DNA from: Alkalispirochaeta sp.
GTDB taxonomy: Bacteria > Spirochaetota > Spirochaetia > DSM-27196 > Alkalispirochaetaceae
DNA length: 64,000 nucleotides
Assembly: GCA_965601925.1 (NCBI GenBank)
Contig: OZ271854.1
Location: 4,192,001-4,256,000, forward strand
Direction of reading: 5' to 3'
The position numbers and the translations under genes were made by a program. The notes below the pieces were generated by a model, which worked only from the letters and a program-made list of their open reading frames with translations, had not been told where the DNA came from and searched no databases. Shown here piece after piece: positions 1-8,889 of the stretch; position 1 is the stretch's first letter; each line of letters opens with the position of its first letter.

Positions 1-29
1 GGTGCGAATTCTCAGGGCGGGAACGATTA

Positions 30-953
30 TCATCGTTCCTCCCGGCGAAACATCGGCCACAGCGCTCGTACGACGATATCGCCGCAGAGAGAGAACACCG
101 GAAAGACGACCGAAAAGAGCAATACGACACCCTGGACGAGGGGTAGATCACGTTGCGAGATCGCCGTGAGTGCGAGACGCCCCAGTCCGGGCAAACCGAA
201 GACCTGCTCGACGACAATCGTACCGGCGAGAAGATACCCCGCCTGTATGGTCAACACCGTAATCGCGGGAATGAGCGCCGCCGGAAAGATATGCACCAGA
301 TAGATACGTATCCACGGAATACCGAGGGAGCGCGCGGCGAGCACGTGGGTGCTTCGACGTTGCTCGGAGAGGGCGGCGCGGAGGGTACGAGACAACACCG
401 CGGCATTACCCAGAGCGAGGGCACACGCCGGAAGCACGTACGCCCCCTCGCCGTCGGATCCAAAGATAGGAAACCATCCCAAACGAAACCCGAACAGATA
501 GACCAGAACCAAAGCGATCCAAAACTGCGGAAATGCGAATGCCCCGTACTCGAACATGCGCACGCCGATCTCCCACGCCGAACCGATGCGGGACACGAGC
601 GCCGAGGCGACGGCGATGAAGATACTCATACCGAGCGCCGAGATCGCCAAACGGAACGTCACCGAGAGTCGTTGTGCCAACAGACTCGTCACCGGTTGTC
701 CCTGGACATACGATACGCCGAGATCTCCCCGTGCGATTCCCGCTATCCAGCGACCGTAACGCTCAGGCCAGGGGCGATCCAACCCCAAGCGCATACGGAC
801 GAGCTCAACCGTTTCGGGGTCGGCATCCAGTCCCGCTATAACGGAAGCGGGATCTCCGGGAATCACTTGCAGCAAAAAAAAGGAAGCGGTCGCGACGCAA
901 AAAACTACGGCGAACGTATGTAACACGAGCGAGACGATCCATCGTTGTGCCAC
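30..953 (-). CDS. Peptide/nickel ABC transporter permease (DppB/OppB family)
   Basis: N-terminal PGDPA motif, LGLDRP, EAA-like loop (AARSLG..H), VEQVFGLPGLG, RDLPLVQG; several TM segments. Confidence 0.9.
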   Translation of the reverse strand: MAQRWIVSLVLHTFAVVFCVATASFFLLQVIPGDPASVIAGLDADPETVELVRMRLGLDRPWPERYGRWIAGIARGDLGVSYVQGQPVTSLLAQRLSVTFRLAISALGMSIFIAVASALVSRIGSAWEIGVRMFEYGAFAFPQFWIALVLVYLFGFRLGWFPIFGSDGEGAYVLPACALALGNAAVLSRTLRAALSEQRRSTHVLAARSLGIPWIRIYLVHIFPAALIPAITVLTIQAGYLLAGTIVVEQVFGLPGLGRLALTAISQRDLPLVQGVVLLFSVVFPVFSLCGDIVVRALWPMFRREER

Positions 954-962
954 GGACGACGA

Positions 963-1397
963 CTATGACAGGGAGGAGGTAATGCGCTCCAGTACCTTGT
1001 TACGATCCAAGGGCTTCACGATATAGTTCTTGGCGCCGATCATAAGCGAGTTCTTCACTAAATCGTTCTTGCCGAGAGCGCTGATCATGACCACGACGGC
1101 GTTCTTGTCAAACTCGATGATCTTCTCCAACGCCGTAATGCCGTCCATCTTAGGCATAGTGATGTCCATCGTCACTAAATGGACGTTGGGGTGGAGCTCT
1201 TTATACTTCTCGAGGCCCTCTTCGCCGTTGCTCGCGGTAGCGGCGATTTCGAATCCCGCCGAAGTCAGAATCTGACTCAGCTGCTTGGCGACGAACATGG
1301 AATCGTCGACGACTAAGACGCGATACGGTGACCCGTCGGGACGCAATCCCACAACCTCTTTTTCGTTGAGATTCGGAAAGTCACCCTTGCTTTTCAT
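963..1397 (-). CDS. cheY: Chemotaxis response regulator CheY, spirochaete type with N-terminal extension
   Basis: VLVVDDS, phospho-acceptor MDITMPKMDG, ISALG, KP. Start moved to ATG 1397 (MKSKGDF) behind the RBS AAGGAG. Confidence 0.85.
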   Translation of the reverse strand: MKSKGDFPNLNEKEVVGLRPDGSPYRVLVVDDSMFVAKQLSQILTSAGFEIAATASNGEEGLEKYKELHPNVHLVTMDITMPKMDGITALEKIIEFDKNAVVVMISALGKNDLVKNSLMIGAKNYIVKPLDRNKVLERITSSLS

Positions 1398-1419
1398 TTC
1401 AATAAGCTCCTTGTTCTGC

Positions 1420-1448
1420 TTTATACCTAAATTTAGGCGAAATTGCAA
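1420..1448 (-). promoter_or_regulatory. Putative sigma70 promoter of cheY
   Basis: Minus strand TTGCAA-17 nt-TATAAA just upstream of the cheY RBS. Confidence 0.6.
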
Positions 1449-1477
1449 GAAAACCGCATGCGCCGCCGACGAGCGAT

Positions 1478-1514
1478 AAAAAAAAGTCCGATGTCGTTCT
1501 CAACGACACCGGAC
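1478..1514 (-). terminator. Intrinsic terminator
   Basis: Minus strand GTCCGGTGTCGTT-GAG-AACGACATCGGAC followed by T8 (13-bp stem with one G-U pair). Confidence 0.85.
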
Positions 1515-1558
1515 CAGAACCAGGTGCTTGCAATATTTTTAAATAGTTTTTTACCTGA
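1478..1558 (-). ncRNA. Candidate sigma54-dependent small RNA (~80 nt)
   Basis: Lies between a -24/-12 promoter (1568-1584) and an intrinsic terminator; no RBS/start codon; 5' CAGGT...ACCTG stem closes an AU-rich loop. Confidence 0.5.
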
Positions 1559-1567
1559 CAACTATTA

Positions 1568-1584
1568 AGCATGAACCATGCCAA
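1568..1584 (-). promoter_or_regulatory. Putative sigma54 (-24/-12) promoter
   Basis: Minus strand TTGGCATGGTTCATGCT: GG-N10-GC spacing, close to the TGGCAC-N5-TTGCW consensus. Confidence 0.65.
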
Positions 1585-1700
1585 GAACGTGCATAGTAGA
1601 TGAAAAAAAGCATCTCATTATGATAAAAAGAATTACAGAGAAGGAGAGGTATCGCCGTTCGCGGCAACGTATGCTGAAGCAAGAACGCGCACCACGATCA

Positions 1701-1738
1701 ATGCATATCGCATCATAGCGCTATGAGAAATGCATAGC
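1701..1738. promoter_or_regulatory. Putative upstream activator (enhancer) sites
   Basis: Perfect 14-bp palindrome TCATAGCGCTATGA (1713-1726) flanked by ATGCAT motifs, ~130-150 bp upstream of the sigma54 promoter. Confidence 0.4.
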
Positions 1739-1742
1739 CGAG

Positions 1743-3158
1743 CTATCGTTTTTTGGCGAACCGTCGGCTTAACGTAGACTGGGAGATGCCCAAAAGTCGC
1801 GCAGCGGCCGATTGATTATCGGCTGATCGGCGCATCGCCTCCGCGAACAGCGCCTCTTCGACATCCGCGAGGCGGGGAAAGGGTCCGTTCCAGGAAAATC
1901 GTCCGTCCTCCGTCCGCGTCTCACCCTCATCGACACGACCTTCGGAATGCATCCGGATGTACTGCCGTAGTACCTGGACCGAAAGTTCACCATTGCGCGA
2001 ACTACTCACCGCATCGGCGACCATCGCCTGAAGTTCCCGTACGTTTCCCGGAAACGAGTACGCTTGAAGAATTTCCTCCGCGTCCTGGGTCACCACGGGG
2101 GCGCCGCGCCCCATGGCGCGCGCGGTCTGTGCTACGAAATACTTCGTCAACAGCGCAACGTCCTCACGACGCTCGCGCAACGGCGGCACGTGCACCAAAT
2201 GTGAAATCAAACGGTAGTACAGATCCTTCCGAAACTGACCGGTCCGCTGTCGCTCTATCAAATCGGCATTGGTTGCCGCCACGATGCGGACGTGCGCGGT
2301 GGACGGCTCATCGCTCCCGAGCGGATAATACTCGCCCTCCTGCAGAAGGCGGAGCAGCTTTATCTGGCTCCCCGGCTCCAGGTCGCCGATCTCATCCAAA
2401 AAGAGCGTTCCTCCCTCGGCCCGCTCCACCAGACCGCCGCGGGCGCGATCGGCCCCGGTAAAGGCGCCCTTCAAATGGCCGAACAACGTATCGGTGAACA
2501 TAGCATCGTCGAGCCCCGCCACGTTGACTACCACGAACTGCCCGGCGCGCCCGCTTGCGCGGTGTATGGAGCGCGCGATCAACTCCTTCCCGGTGCCGCT
2601 CTCGCCGGTGACCAACACCGCGTTGGGGCTCGGGGCAATCGCCTCGATGTATTGAAATACCGCCCGCATTCTGGGAGAGACGGTCAGGATTCGTTCGAAA
2701 ATTTCGGGAACGACCGGACCGTCGATCTCGGCGTGCTCGGTGCCGAACAGACGCAAGCGATCCTCGAGGTCGCGAACGCGAAGCGCGTGCGTCACCGCGC
2801 TCCCCAAACGGTTGCGGTCGATCGGCTTCGTCATGAAATCGAAGGCGCCCTGCTTCATGCACCGTACCGCCGCATCGACGCTGTCGGCCGCGGTCACTAC
2901 GATGACGGGAATACGCGGAAAATCGCGCGTCATCGATGCAAGCACCTCGAATCCGGAGACGTCGGGCATGAACAGATCGAGCAATACCGCCGACACCGGT
3001 CGATCACGGACGATCCCAAGCACCGCTCCGCCGTCGCTCGTGGTAATTAAATTATCGAAACCGAGCCCGTTGAGGCTCACGCGTATGAGCTCCAGGGCAA
3101 CCGGGTCGTCGTCTACTATAAGAATCGCTGGGCGCTTTTCGCTCACTTTTGTCCTCAA
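1743..3158 (-). CDS. Sigma54-dependent response regulator, NtrC/AtoC family (REC-AAA+-Fis HTH)
   Basis: REC domain (IVDDD, LDLFMPD, KP), Walker A GESGTGKE, GAFTGA loop, LFLDEIG, FRKDLYYRL, FPGNVREL, C-terminal HTH; exact start uncertain. Confidence 0.93.
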   Translation of the reverse strand: MRTKVSEKRPAILIVDDDPVALELIRVSLNGLGFDNLITTSDGGAVLGIVRDRPVSAVLLDLFMPDVSGFEVLASMTRDFPRIPVIVVTAADSVDAAVRCMKQGAFDFMTKPIDRNRLGSAVTHALRVRDLEDRLRLFGTEHAEIDGPVVPEIFERILTVSPRMRAVFQYIEAIAPSPNAVLVTGESGTGKELIARSIHRASGRAGQFVVVNVAGLDDAMFTDTLFGHLKGAFTGADRARGGLVERAEGGTLFLDEIGDLEPGSQIKLLRLLQEGEYYPLGSDEPSTAHVRIVAATNADLIERQRTGQFRKDLYYRLISHLVHVPPLRERREDVALLTKYFVAQTARAMGRGAPVVTQDAEEILQAYSFPGNVRELQAMVADAVSSSRNGELSVQVLRQYIRMHSEGRVDEGETRTEDGRFSWNGPFPRLADVEEALFAEAMRRSADNQSAAARLLGISQSTLSRRFAKKR

Positions 3159-3198
3159 TAGGGAGTCGCCATCGATATACTACTGTACTTTGACACAT

Positions 3199-4593
3199 AT
3201 GGGACAAGATTCTCGAATCATTTTTTTAAACACTGCGCCGGTAGCACGTCGACAACGCGTAGTGTACTGGATGCAGGCATCGGTCAGGTCGCGCTACAAC
3301 CACGCCCTCGAGTACGCCGTTCATTTGGCAAACCATCGCAACCAACCGTTGCACGTCGTATTCGGTCTCTCGCAAGGATATCCCGGCGCGCAACTACGAC
3401 ACTATCACTTTTTGGTAGAGGGGCTCTGCGCGGTAGAACGCAATCTTAAAAAACGGGGCATACCCTTTTCCGTGTGGCTCGGCGACACCGGTGCGATCGG
3501 TGTCGCAGCATCTCATATGGCGAGTACGTTGGTCACCGACCGAGCCTACCTGCGTCTCCACCGCCGATGGCGAAGGGACGTGGCCGAAGAGGCGTCGTGT
3601 CCGGTCGTGCAGGTGGAATCGAACGTCGTCGTGCCGGTCGAGCATGCCAGCGGCAAGGACGAGTACACCGCGGCAACCCTACGCCCGAAAATCAATCGCC
3701 TCGTGCCTCAGTACCTCCAGCCGATTTCAACGCAATCGTACCGCGGCGGTGCTGATGAGACGTTTTCCCTTGCGCCGCAGTTCGTATCGGTAGATCTATC
3801 AACGCTCTCCGACACGTACCGTCTTGCCGACTATGTAGAAGTCGACCGGTCCGTCGACCCCGTCGCGGAGTTCGTCGGCGGTGAGGACGAAGCCGACGAG
3901 CGGTTGTCCGAGTTTCTCTCCCGCCGTCTACGCTACTTCGACCAAGAGCGCAACGTCCCGGACCGAGACGCCACCAGTGGGTTGAGTCCCTACCTACACT
4001 TCGGCCATATATCCCCCGTAGAGATCGCACTCCGCGCTCACGACTATGCGGAGAAGCATTTTGACGTCGAAGAACGCGACGGGCTCTCGACGCTTTTGGA
4101 GGAGCTGATCGTCCGTCGTGAGTTGGCCGTCAACTTTACCGAATACAACCCCGAGTACGACCGATACGCGGGGTTGCCGGATTGGGCCCGCCGAAGCCTC
4201 GGCGAACACTCGGGCGACCCGCGCCCGGTCACCTACACGGCCCGACAACTCGAGTGCGCCGAGACCGACGATCCGTATTGGAACGCGTGTCAGCGCGAAA
4301 TGTGCCTGCGCGGAAAAATGCACGGATACATGCGTATGTACTGGGGCAAGAAAATCCTGGAGTGGATGGACGAGCCGGAGGAGGCGTTCCTCCTCGCGGT
4401 GGCGCTGAACGACAAATACGAGCTCGACGGGCGCGACTCTAACGGGTATGCCGGAGTCGCCTGGTGCTTCGGCAAGCACGATCGGCCCTGGGCCGAGCGT
4501 CCGGTCTTCGGGAAGATCCGCTATATGAACGCCAATGGACTCAAAAGGAAGTTCAAACGGATCGATCAATACGTACAGCGATGGTCGGAATGA
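3199..4593 (+). CDS. phrB: Class II CPD DNA photolyase
   Basis: VVYWMQ..R...NHALEYA, SGLSPYLHFGHIS, EELIVRRELA, MHGYMRMYWGKKILEW, DGRD.NGY, RPVFGKIRYMN; start set at ATG 3199. Confidence 0.92.
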   Translation: MGQDSRIIFLNTAPVARRQRVVYWMQASVRSRYNHALEYAVHLANHRNQPLHVVFGLSQGYPGAQLRHYHFLVEGLCAVERNLKKRGIPFSVWLGDTGAIGVAASHMASTLVTDRAYLRLHRRWRRDVAEEASCPVVQVESNVVVPVEHASGKDEYTAATLRPKINRLVPQYLQPISTQSYRGGADETFSLAPQFVSVDLSTLSDTYRLADYVEVDRSVDPVAEFVGGEDEADERLSEFLSRRLRYFDQERNVPDRDATSGLSPYLHFGHISPVEIALRAHDYAEKHFDVEERDGLSTLLEELIVRRELAVNFTEYNPEYDRYAGLPDWARRSLGEHSGDPRPVTYTARQLECAETDDPYWNACQREMCLRGKMHGYMRMYWGKKILEWMDEPEEAFLLAVALNDKYELDGRDSNGYAGVAWCFGKHDRPWAERPVFGKIRYMNANGLKRKFKRIDQYVQRWSE

Positions 4594-4601
4594 CGCAACG
4601 C

Positions 4602-6560
4602 TTACCGCGCGCCGTCGCGATCCAACGCCATCCACGCATACCCGTAGGGCGGCAAGGACAATCCGTACGGTCCGGGGACGACCGGCTTTGAGCGTACGAC
4701 GTCCACCCCTCCGGCGCTGAAACCCGCCGCGGCGAGAAGCGTTGCCGGTACGAGTTGCTCGCTGGAGTCGAAGTTAGCAAGAATGAGCACGCGTGATCCG
4801 TGCCGGCCTGCACGCACCAACCCGAGAATGTGCGGGTTATCGCACGGCGCGACCTCCGCTCGACCGTCGCCGGCCAACGCCGGGCAGCGTCTTCGGGCGG
4901 CGATAAGATCACGTAGGCGTGAGAATATACGGTGCTCGACCGTGCCCGCACGCATCCTCCGCTCCCGTTCCTCGCGACCGATATGCGGTCGGTGCATCCA
5001 TCGATTATCGGCGGCCGTGGCCGGATCATCCGCGTAGATATAATCGTTAATACGCCCGATCTCGTCTCCTGCATAGATTACCGGAACGCCGTCCAACGCG
5101 AGAATCAATGCGTGAAGCAGGACATGACGGTCAATCGCGAGGGTAAGCAACGATTCATCTCCACGTTCCAACGCGGCCTCGATTCCCGCGAGACTCGCAG
5201 CGGTACCGCTGATCCGCGCATCTCCCGTGTTCGGGTTGTACATGAACTTAGCGCCCCTCGCCGCGGAGCCCGGAAACTCACCGGTGTAGTAGCGAATCAT
5301 GAAGGCCCGATGAGCGGCGGGTTCCCACCCTTGCATGCGAAGATGCGTCTCGTCGTACCCGAGGCCGATATCGTCGTGGCACCGTACGTAGTTCAACCAC
5401 GCCGTGTCGGCCGGCGGGCGCGGTAAGTGCGATAGCCCCAAGCGCACCAAAGCCGACCGTCCCGTCGCCAGTGCGTCCCACAGCAGGACCATGAGCGACG
5501 CATTGTAGGCGAGTTCGCACTCCCGCCCTTCCCAGCGTCCCTCGCCGAAGTAGCGCGCGATTTCGACCGGTTGCACGATCGCCTCGGCGACGAAGGCGAT
5601 CCCGGGTGCGGCGATCCTTGCACACGCATTGAAGAGGCGCACCAGTGTATGGGCGCACGGAAGATTCTGCCCCGTCGTTCCAAGCTGCTTCCACAGGTAC
5701 GGCACCGCATCGAAGCGCAGTATATCCACGCCGCGATTGGCCAGCTCGAACAATACTCCCGTCATCTCGATGAAAACATTCGGATTTGTGTAGTTCAAAT
5801 CCCACTGATAGTCGTGAAAGACGGTCATCGCCCACCGATCGATCTCCGGAACGTAGGTGAAGTTTCCCGGGGCCGTCTCGGGGAAGACCTCGGGAAGGTG
5901 TGCATCAAACAGGTCCGGTACCGAGCGATCCGGATACATGTAGTAGTAGTCTTGATACGTCGGCTCGCCGTTTCGGGCGCGCCGGGCCCACTCGTGAGCG
6001 TCGCTGGTGTGATTAAGTACGTAGTCCAGGATCAACACCATATCGCGCTCGTGGAGCGCCTCGGCGAGTGAAGTCAGATCGGCCATCGTCCCGAGCTCGG
6101 GTTGCACGGCGCGATAGTCCGACACGGCGTATCCCCCGTCGTTGTAGCCGTCCGGTGTTTTGAGCAAAGGCATCACATGGAGCGCATTGACGCCCAAGTC
6201 CGAGAAGTAGTCCAACTCCTTGCGGAGGTTCTCAAGCGTTCCGGCAAACCGATCGACGTATAACTGCATCGCGACGAGCGACCCGTCGGCGTACCACTCC
6301 CCGCGCTCCACACGCCTTTTATCGGTCCGCTTCAGCGACGTCGAACGATCGGACCACGCGGCAAAGAGCGTATCGAGCAGGCGATCGAAGTGAACGTTCC
6401 AATCGATGCGCGCACCGTATAACTCTCGAAATAGCTGATACAAGTCGAAAAAGTTGGTTGATAGTTGGACGACAAAATCGACGTCCGCTGCGGCCGCCTC
6501 TTGTCGAATGAAGAAGCGGCGTAACACAGCGGACGCGCGCCGGGGAATGGAATCGTGCAT
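4602..6560 (-). CDS. Amylosucrase-like GH13 alpha-amylase family protein
   Basis: DGGYAVSDY, DYVLNHTS..HEWA, EVFPETAPGNF, FHDYQWDLN, RFDAVPYLWK, EAIV, YVRCHDDIG, RISGTAASL. Confidence 0.88.
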   Translation of the reverse strand: MHDSIPRRASAVLRRFFIRQEAAAADVDFVVQLSTNFFDLYQLFRELYGARIDWNVHFDRLLDTLFAAWSDRSTSLKRTDKRRVERGEWYADGSLVAMQLYVDRFAGTLENLRKELDYFSDLGVNALHVMPLLKTPDGYNDGGYAVSDYRAVQPELGTMADLTSLAEALHERDMVLILDYVLNHTSDAHEWARRARNGEPTYQDYYYMYPDRSVPDLFDAHLPEVFPETAPGNFTYVPEIDRWAMTVFHDYQWDLNYTNPNVFIEMTGVLFELANRGVDILRFDAVPYLWKQLGTTGQNLPCAHTLVRLFNACARIAAPGIAFVAEAIVQPVEIARYFGEGRWEGRECELAYNASLMVLLWDALATGRSALVRLGLSHLPRPPADTAWLNYVRCHDDIGLGYDETHLRMQGWEPAAHRAFMIRYYTGEFPGSAARGAKFMYNPNTGDARISGTAASLAGIEAALERGDESLLTLAIDRHVLLHALILALDGVPVIYAGDEIGRINDYIYADDPATAADNRWMHRPHIGREERERRMRAGTVEHRIFSRLRDLIAARRRCPALAGDGRAEVAPCDNPHILGLVRAGRHGSRVLILANFDSSEQLVPATLLAAAGFSAGGVDVVRSKPVVPGPYGLSLPPYGYAWMALDRDGAR

Positions 6561-6575
6561 GTCGCGTATGTGTGC

Positions 6576-8744
6576 TCAATACTCCTCAAAGTCTGAGTCC
6601 AAATCGTCAACCGGCTTTGGGCTCAAGTCCAAGGATATTCCCGTTGCGTCCTCCTCTGCAAGTACCAGCCCCGTCTCTTTCTTGGCGTTTGATCGCTGCT
6701 CGCGAATCGCCTCATGATCACCGGCGACGAACGACGCATCGGTGTCGGACGACGTGGCTACGGCGAGCCGCTCCGCATGCCGCCGATTCGGTAGGTGCTT
6801 CTCGCGCGATACCGGCGGCGCGGGGAGCGCCCGACGCGGCTCCGATTTCTTACGAGATCCGCCCTGCGCGTTCAGCTTGAAGAATCCCACGACCTGAGAG
6901 AGCTGCTCGGCTTGTCCGCTCAACTCTTCCGACATAGACGCCATCTCCTCGGCGGAGCTCGCATTGCGCTGGATTACCGTATCGAGTTGGAGAATCGCGG
7001 AGTTAATCTGTTCGGCGCCGCTGTTTTGTTCATTGCTGGCGGCGCTGATCTCCTGTACCAACTCGGCGGTGCGCTGTATGTCGGGGACGATCTGTTCGAG
7101 CATATCTCCCGCTTTTTCGGCGATCGCCACCGACCGCCCCGAAAGATCGCTAATCTCGCCGGCCGCCGTCTGGCTACGTTCGGCGAGCTTGCGTACCTCG
7201 CTGGCGACGACGGCGAATCCCTTGCCCGCCTCGCCGGCGCGCGCCGCCTCGATCGCGGCATTGAGAGCTAAAAGATTCGTGCTTCGCGAAATCTCTTCGA
7301 TGATCGAGATCTTCTCGGCGATCTCCTTCATCGCCTGCACCGTCTGTCGCACCGCCTCGCCGCCCTCTTCGGCGTCCCTGGCGCTTTTCTGAGAAATCTT
7401 ATCGGTCTGGAGAGCGTTGTCGGCGTTTTGTCTGATGTTCGAGCTCATCTCCTCCATACTGCTCGACACTTCTTCGGCGCTTGCCGCTTGCTCGGTGGCC
7501 CCTTCGCTCACCTGTTGGGCGGACTCCGAGAGCTGCCCGCTACCGCTCGCGACATTGTCCGCCGAGTTTCGTATATCCTGGACGATCTCCCGCAGATGGA
7601 GAACCATCGTCTTCAACGCATCGGCGAGCTTTCCAAGCTCGTCTTTCTGGTCCAGATCGAGCGCCGCGTCGAGATTTCCGTGGCTGAGCTCTTTTGCAAA
7701 ATCGACGCATTTCGCGAGCGTAGACGTTATCGAACGGGTGATTACCACACCGATTACGATCGCAATGATGAGGGCGCTGATAATGCCGATAGCAACGGCG
7801 ATCACGGCACGTCGGACGGTGGCAATTCCCTCAGCGGCGATGTTCTGTGTCGCCGAGATTCCGGCTGTAGATATCGATCGAGCGGCATCGAGCACCATTT
7901 CGACGGCCGCTTCTCGCTGAGGTCGCAGGCGTGTCAACGCTTCGTAGTCGTCGGCGGCGATACGCATAGCGGCCAAGTACTCCTCGACCGCGCGCTCTAC
8001 CGTATCGAGATCCGCCGAAGCTTCTGTATCGTCGGTAAGGCTCCGAATCTCCGCCACGACCGTTGGTACCCGCTCGAGAGCAGGCAGAGCGCTTCGGATA
8101 CGTTCCGGCTCATTAAAGAGTTGGCCGACGGCGTTCTGCAGTCGCCCGTTCAACACCGCCTCGTTGATCTCGTCGACGCGATTGATGACGGAGACTCTCC
8201 GTTCGAGCACTTGCGCGCCGGCCCCGCGGGCAATCTCATCATTAAGGAGGCTATTCTCGATCTCGGAGAGCGAGGAGATTGCCGTCAACGCCTCGGCGCC
8301 GGCCGTCGTATTTATGACTCGTCCTTCGAGTATACTGTCGACGGCGTCCGAGGTCTCTACAATCAGGCGATCGTAGAGATCGACCGCCTCACGGGCGGCC
8401 GCAGCGTTCTCCGCGAGCGTAACCAAGCCCGAGGAACGGGCGCTGAGCTGGTCGGCTTGGTCGAGATATGCGTATGTATCGGAGAGGTATCGACGACCCT
8501 CTTGGTAAAACTCCCGATTAAAATTGATAGCGAATGCCCGCATGTTGTACATGACGAGAAGCACCGAACGTTCGAGGTTGACCGCAATGTCGGTCTCCGC
8601 GATATGCTCGTCCGACAAACGTACGGAGTCGGCTTGAATTTGAAGCAGATTGATGGCCGCAATCACACCGATCACGACCAGAAGCGTAGTCAGAAGCCCG
8701 AACCCGAACACCATTTTCAGTGCCATCTTCAGGTTTTTTAGCAT
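6576..8744 (-). CDS. Methyl-accepting chemotaxis protein with C-terminal pentapeptide
   Basis: Two TM segments, [40 protein letters not shown], ends DFEEY; start ATG 8744 behind GGAGG. Confidence 0.93.
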   Translation of the reverse strand: MLKNLKMALKMVFGFGLLTTLLVVIGVIAAINLLQIQADSVRLSDEHIAETDIAVNLERSVLLVMYNMRAFAINFNREFYQEGRRYLSDTYAYLDQADQLSARSSGLVTLAENAAAAREAVDLYDRLIVETSDAVDSILEGRVINTTAGAEALTAISSLSEIENSLLNDEIARGAGAQVLERRVSVINRVDEINEAVLNGRLQNAVGQLFNEPERIRSALPALERVPTVVAEIRSLTDDTEASADLDTVERAVEEYLAAMRIAADDYEALTRLRPQREAAVEMVLDAARSISTAGISATQNIAAEGIATVRRAVIAVAIGIISALIIAIVIGVVITRSITSTLAKCVDFAKELSHGNLDAALDLDQKDELGKLADALKTMVLHLREIVQDIRNSADNVASGSGQLSESAQQVSEGATEQAASAEEVSSSMEEMSSNIRQNADNALQTDKISQKSARDAEEGGEAVRQTVQAMKEIAEKISIIEEISRSTNLLALNAAIEAARAGEAGKGFAVVASEVRKLAERSQTAAGEISDLSGRSVAIAEKAGDMLEQIVPDIQRTAELVQEISAASNEQNSGAEQINSAILQLDTVIQRNASSAEEMASMSEELSGQAEQLSQVVGFFKLNAQGGSRKKSEPRRALPAPPVSREKHLPNRRHAERLAVATSSDTDASFVAGDHEAIREQRSNAKKETGLVLAEEDATGISLDLSPKPVDDLDSDFEEY

Positions 8745-8889
8745 TACAGGACCTCCAAAGAGAGCAATGTCGGAGCCAGCATACCTTAGCGTAAGCCAAC
8801 TATAGGTCGATTGCAAGAATTCGCTCCGTCACGCGGAGCGTGTCGACGATACCCATCGAGAAACGCGCACGTCGTAAAACGTCGTGCCG

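Noticed and set aside
1399..1584. 61-aa ORF spanning the cheY upstream region
   Set aside because: It starts inside the sigma54 promoter motif, has no RBS and crosses a terminator.
2740..3198. N-terminal extensions in the ORF track (photolyase; likewise SMUG1 from 24082, the dehydrogenase to 50171, argJ to 24959, lysS to 31784)
   Set aside because: They overlap well-supported neighbouring genes and lack family motifs; artefacts of high GC.
7428..8741. Long antisense ORFs such as 7428..8741, 44579..45562 and 53710..54567
   Set aside because: Shadow frames opposite real genes, rich in R/D/L/V as expected from GC3 bias, with no motifs.
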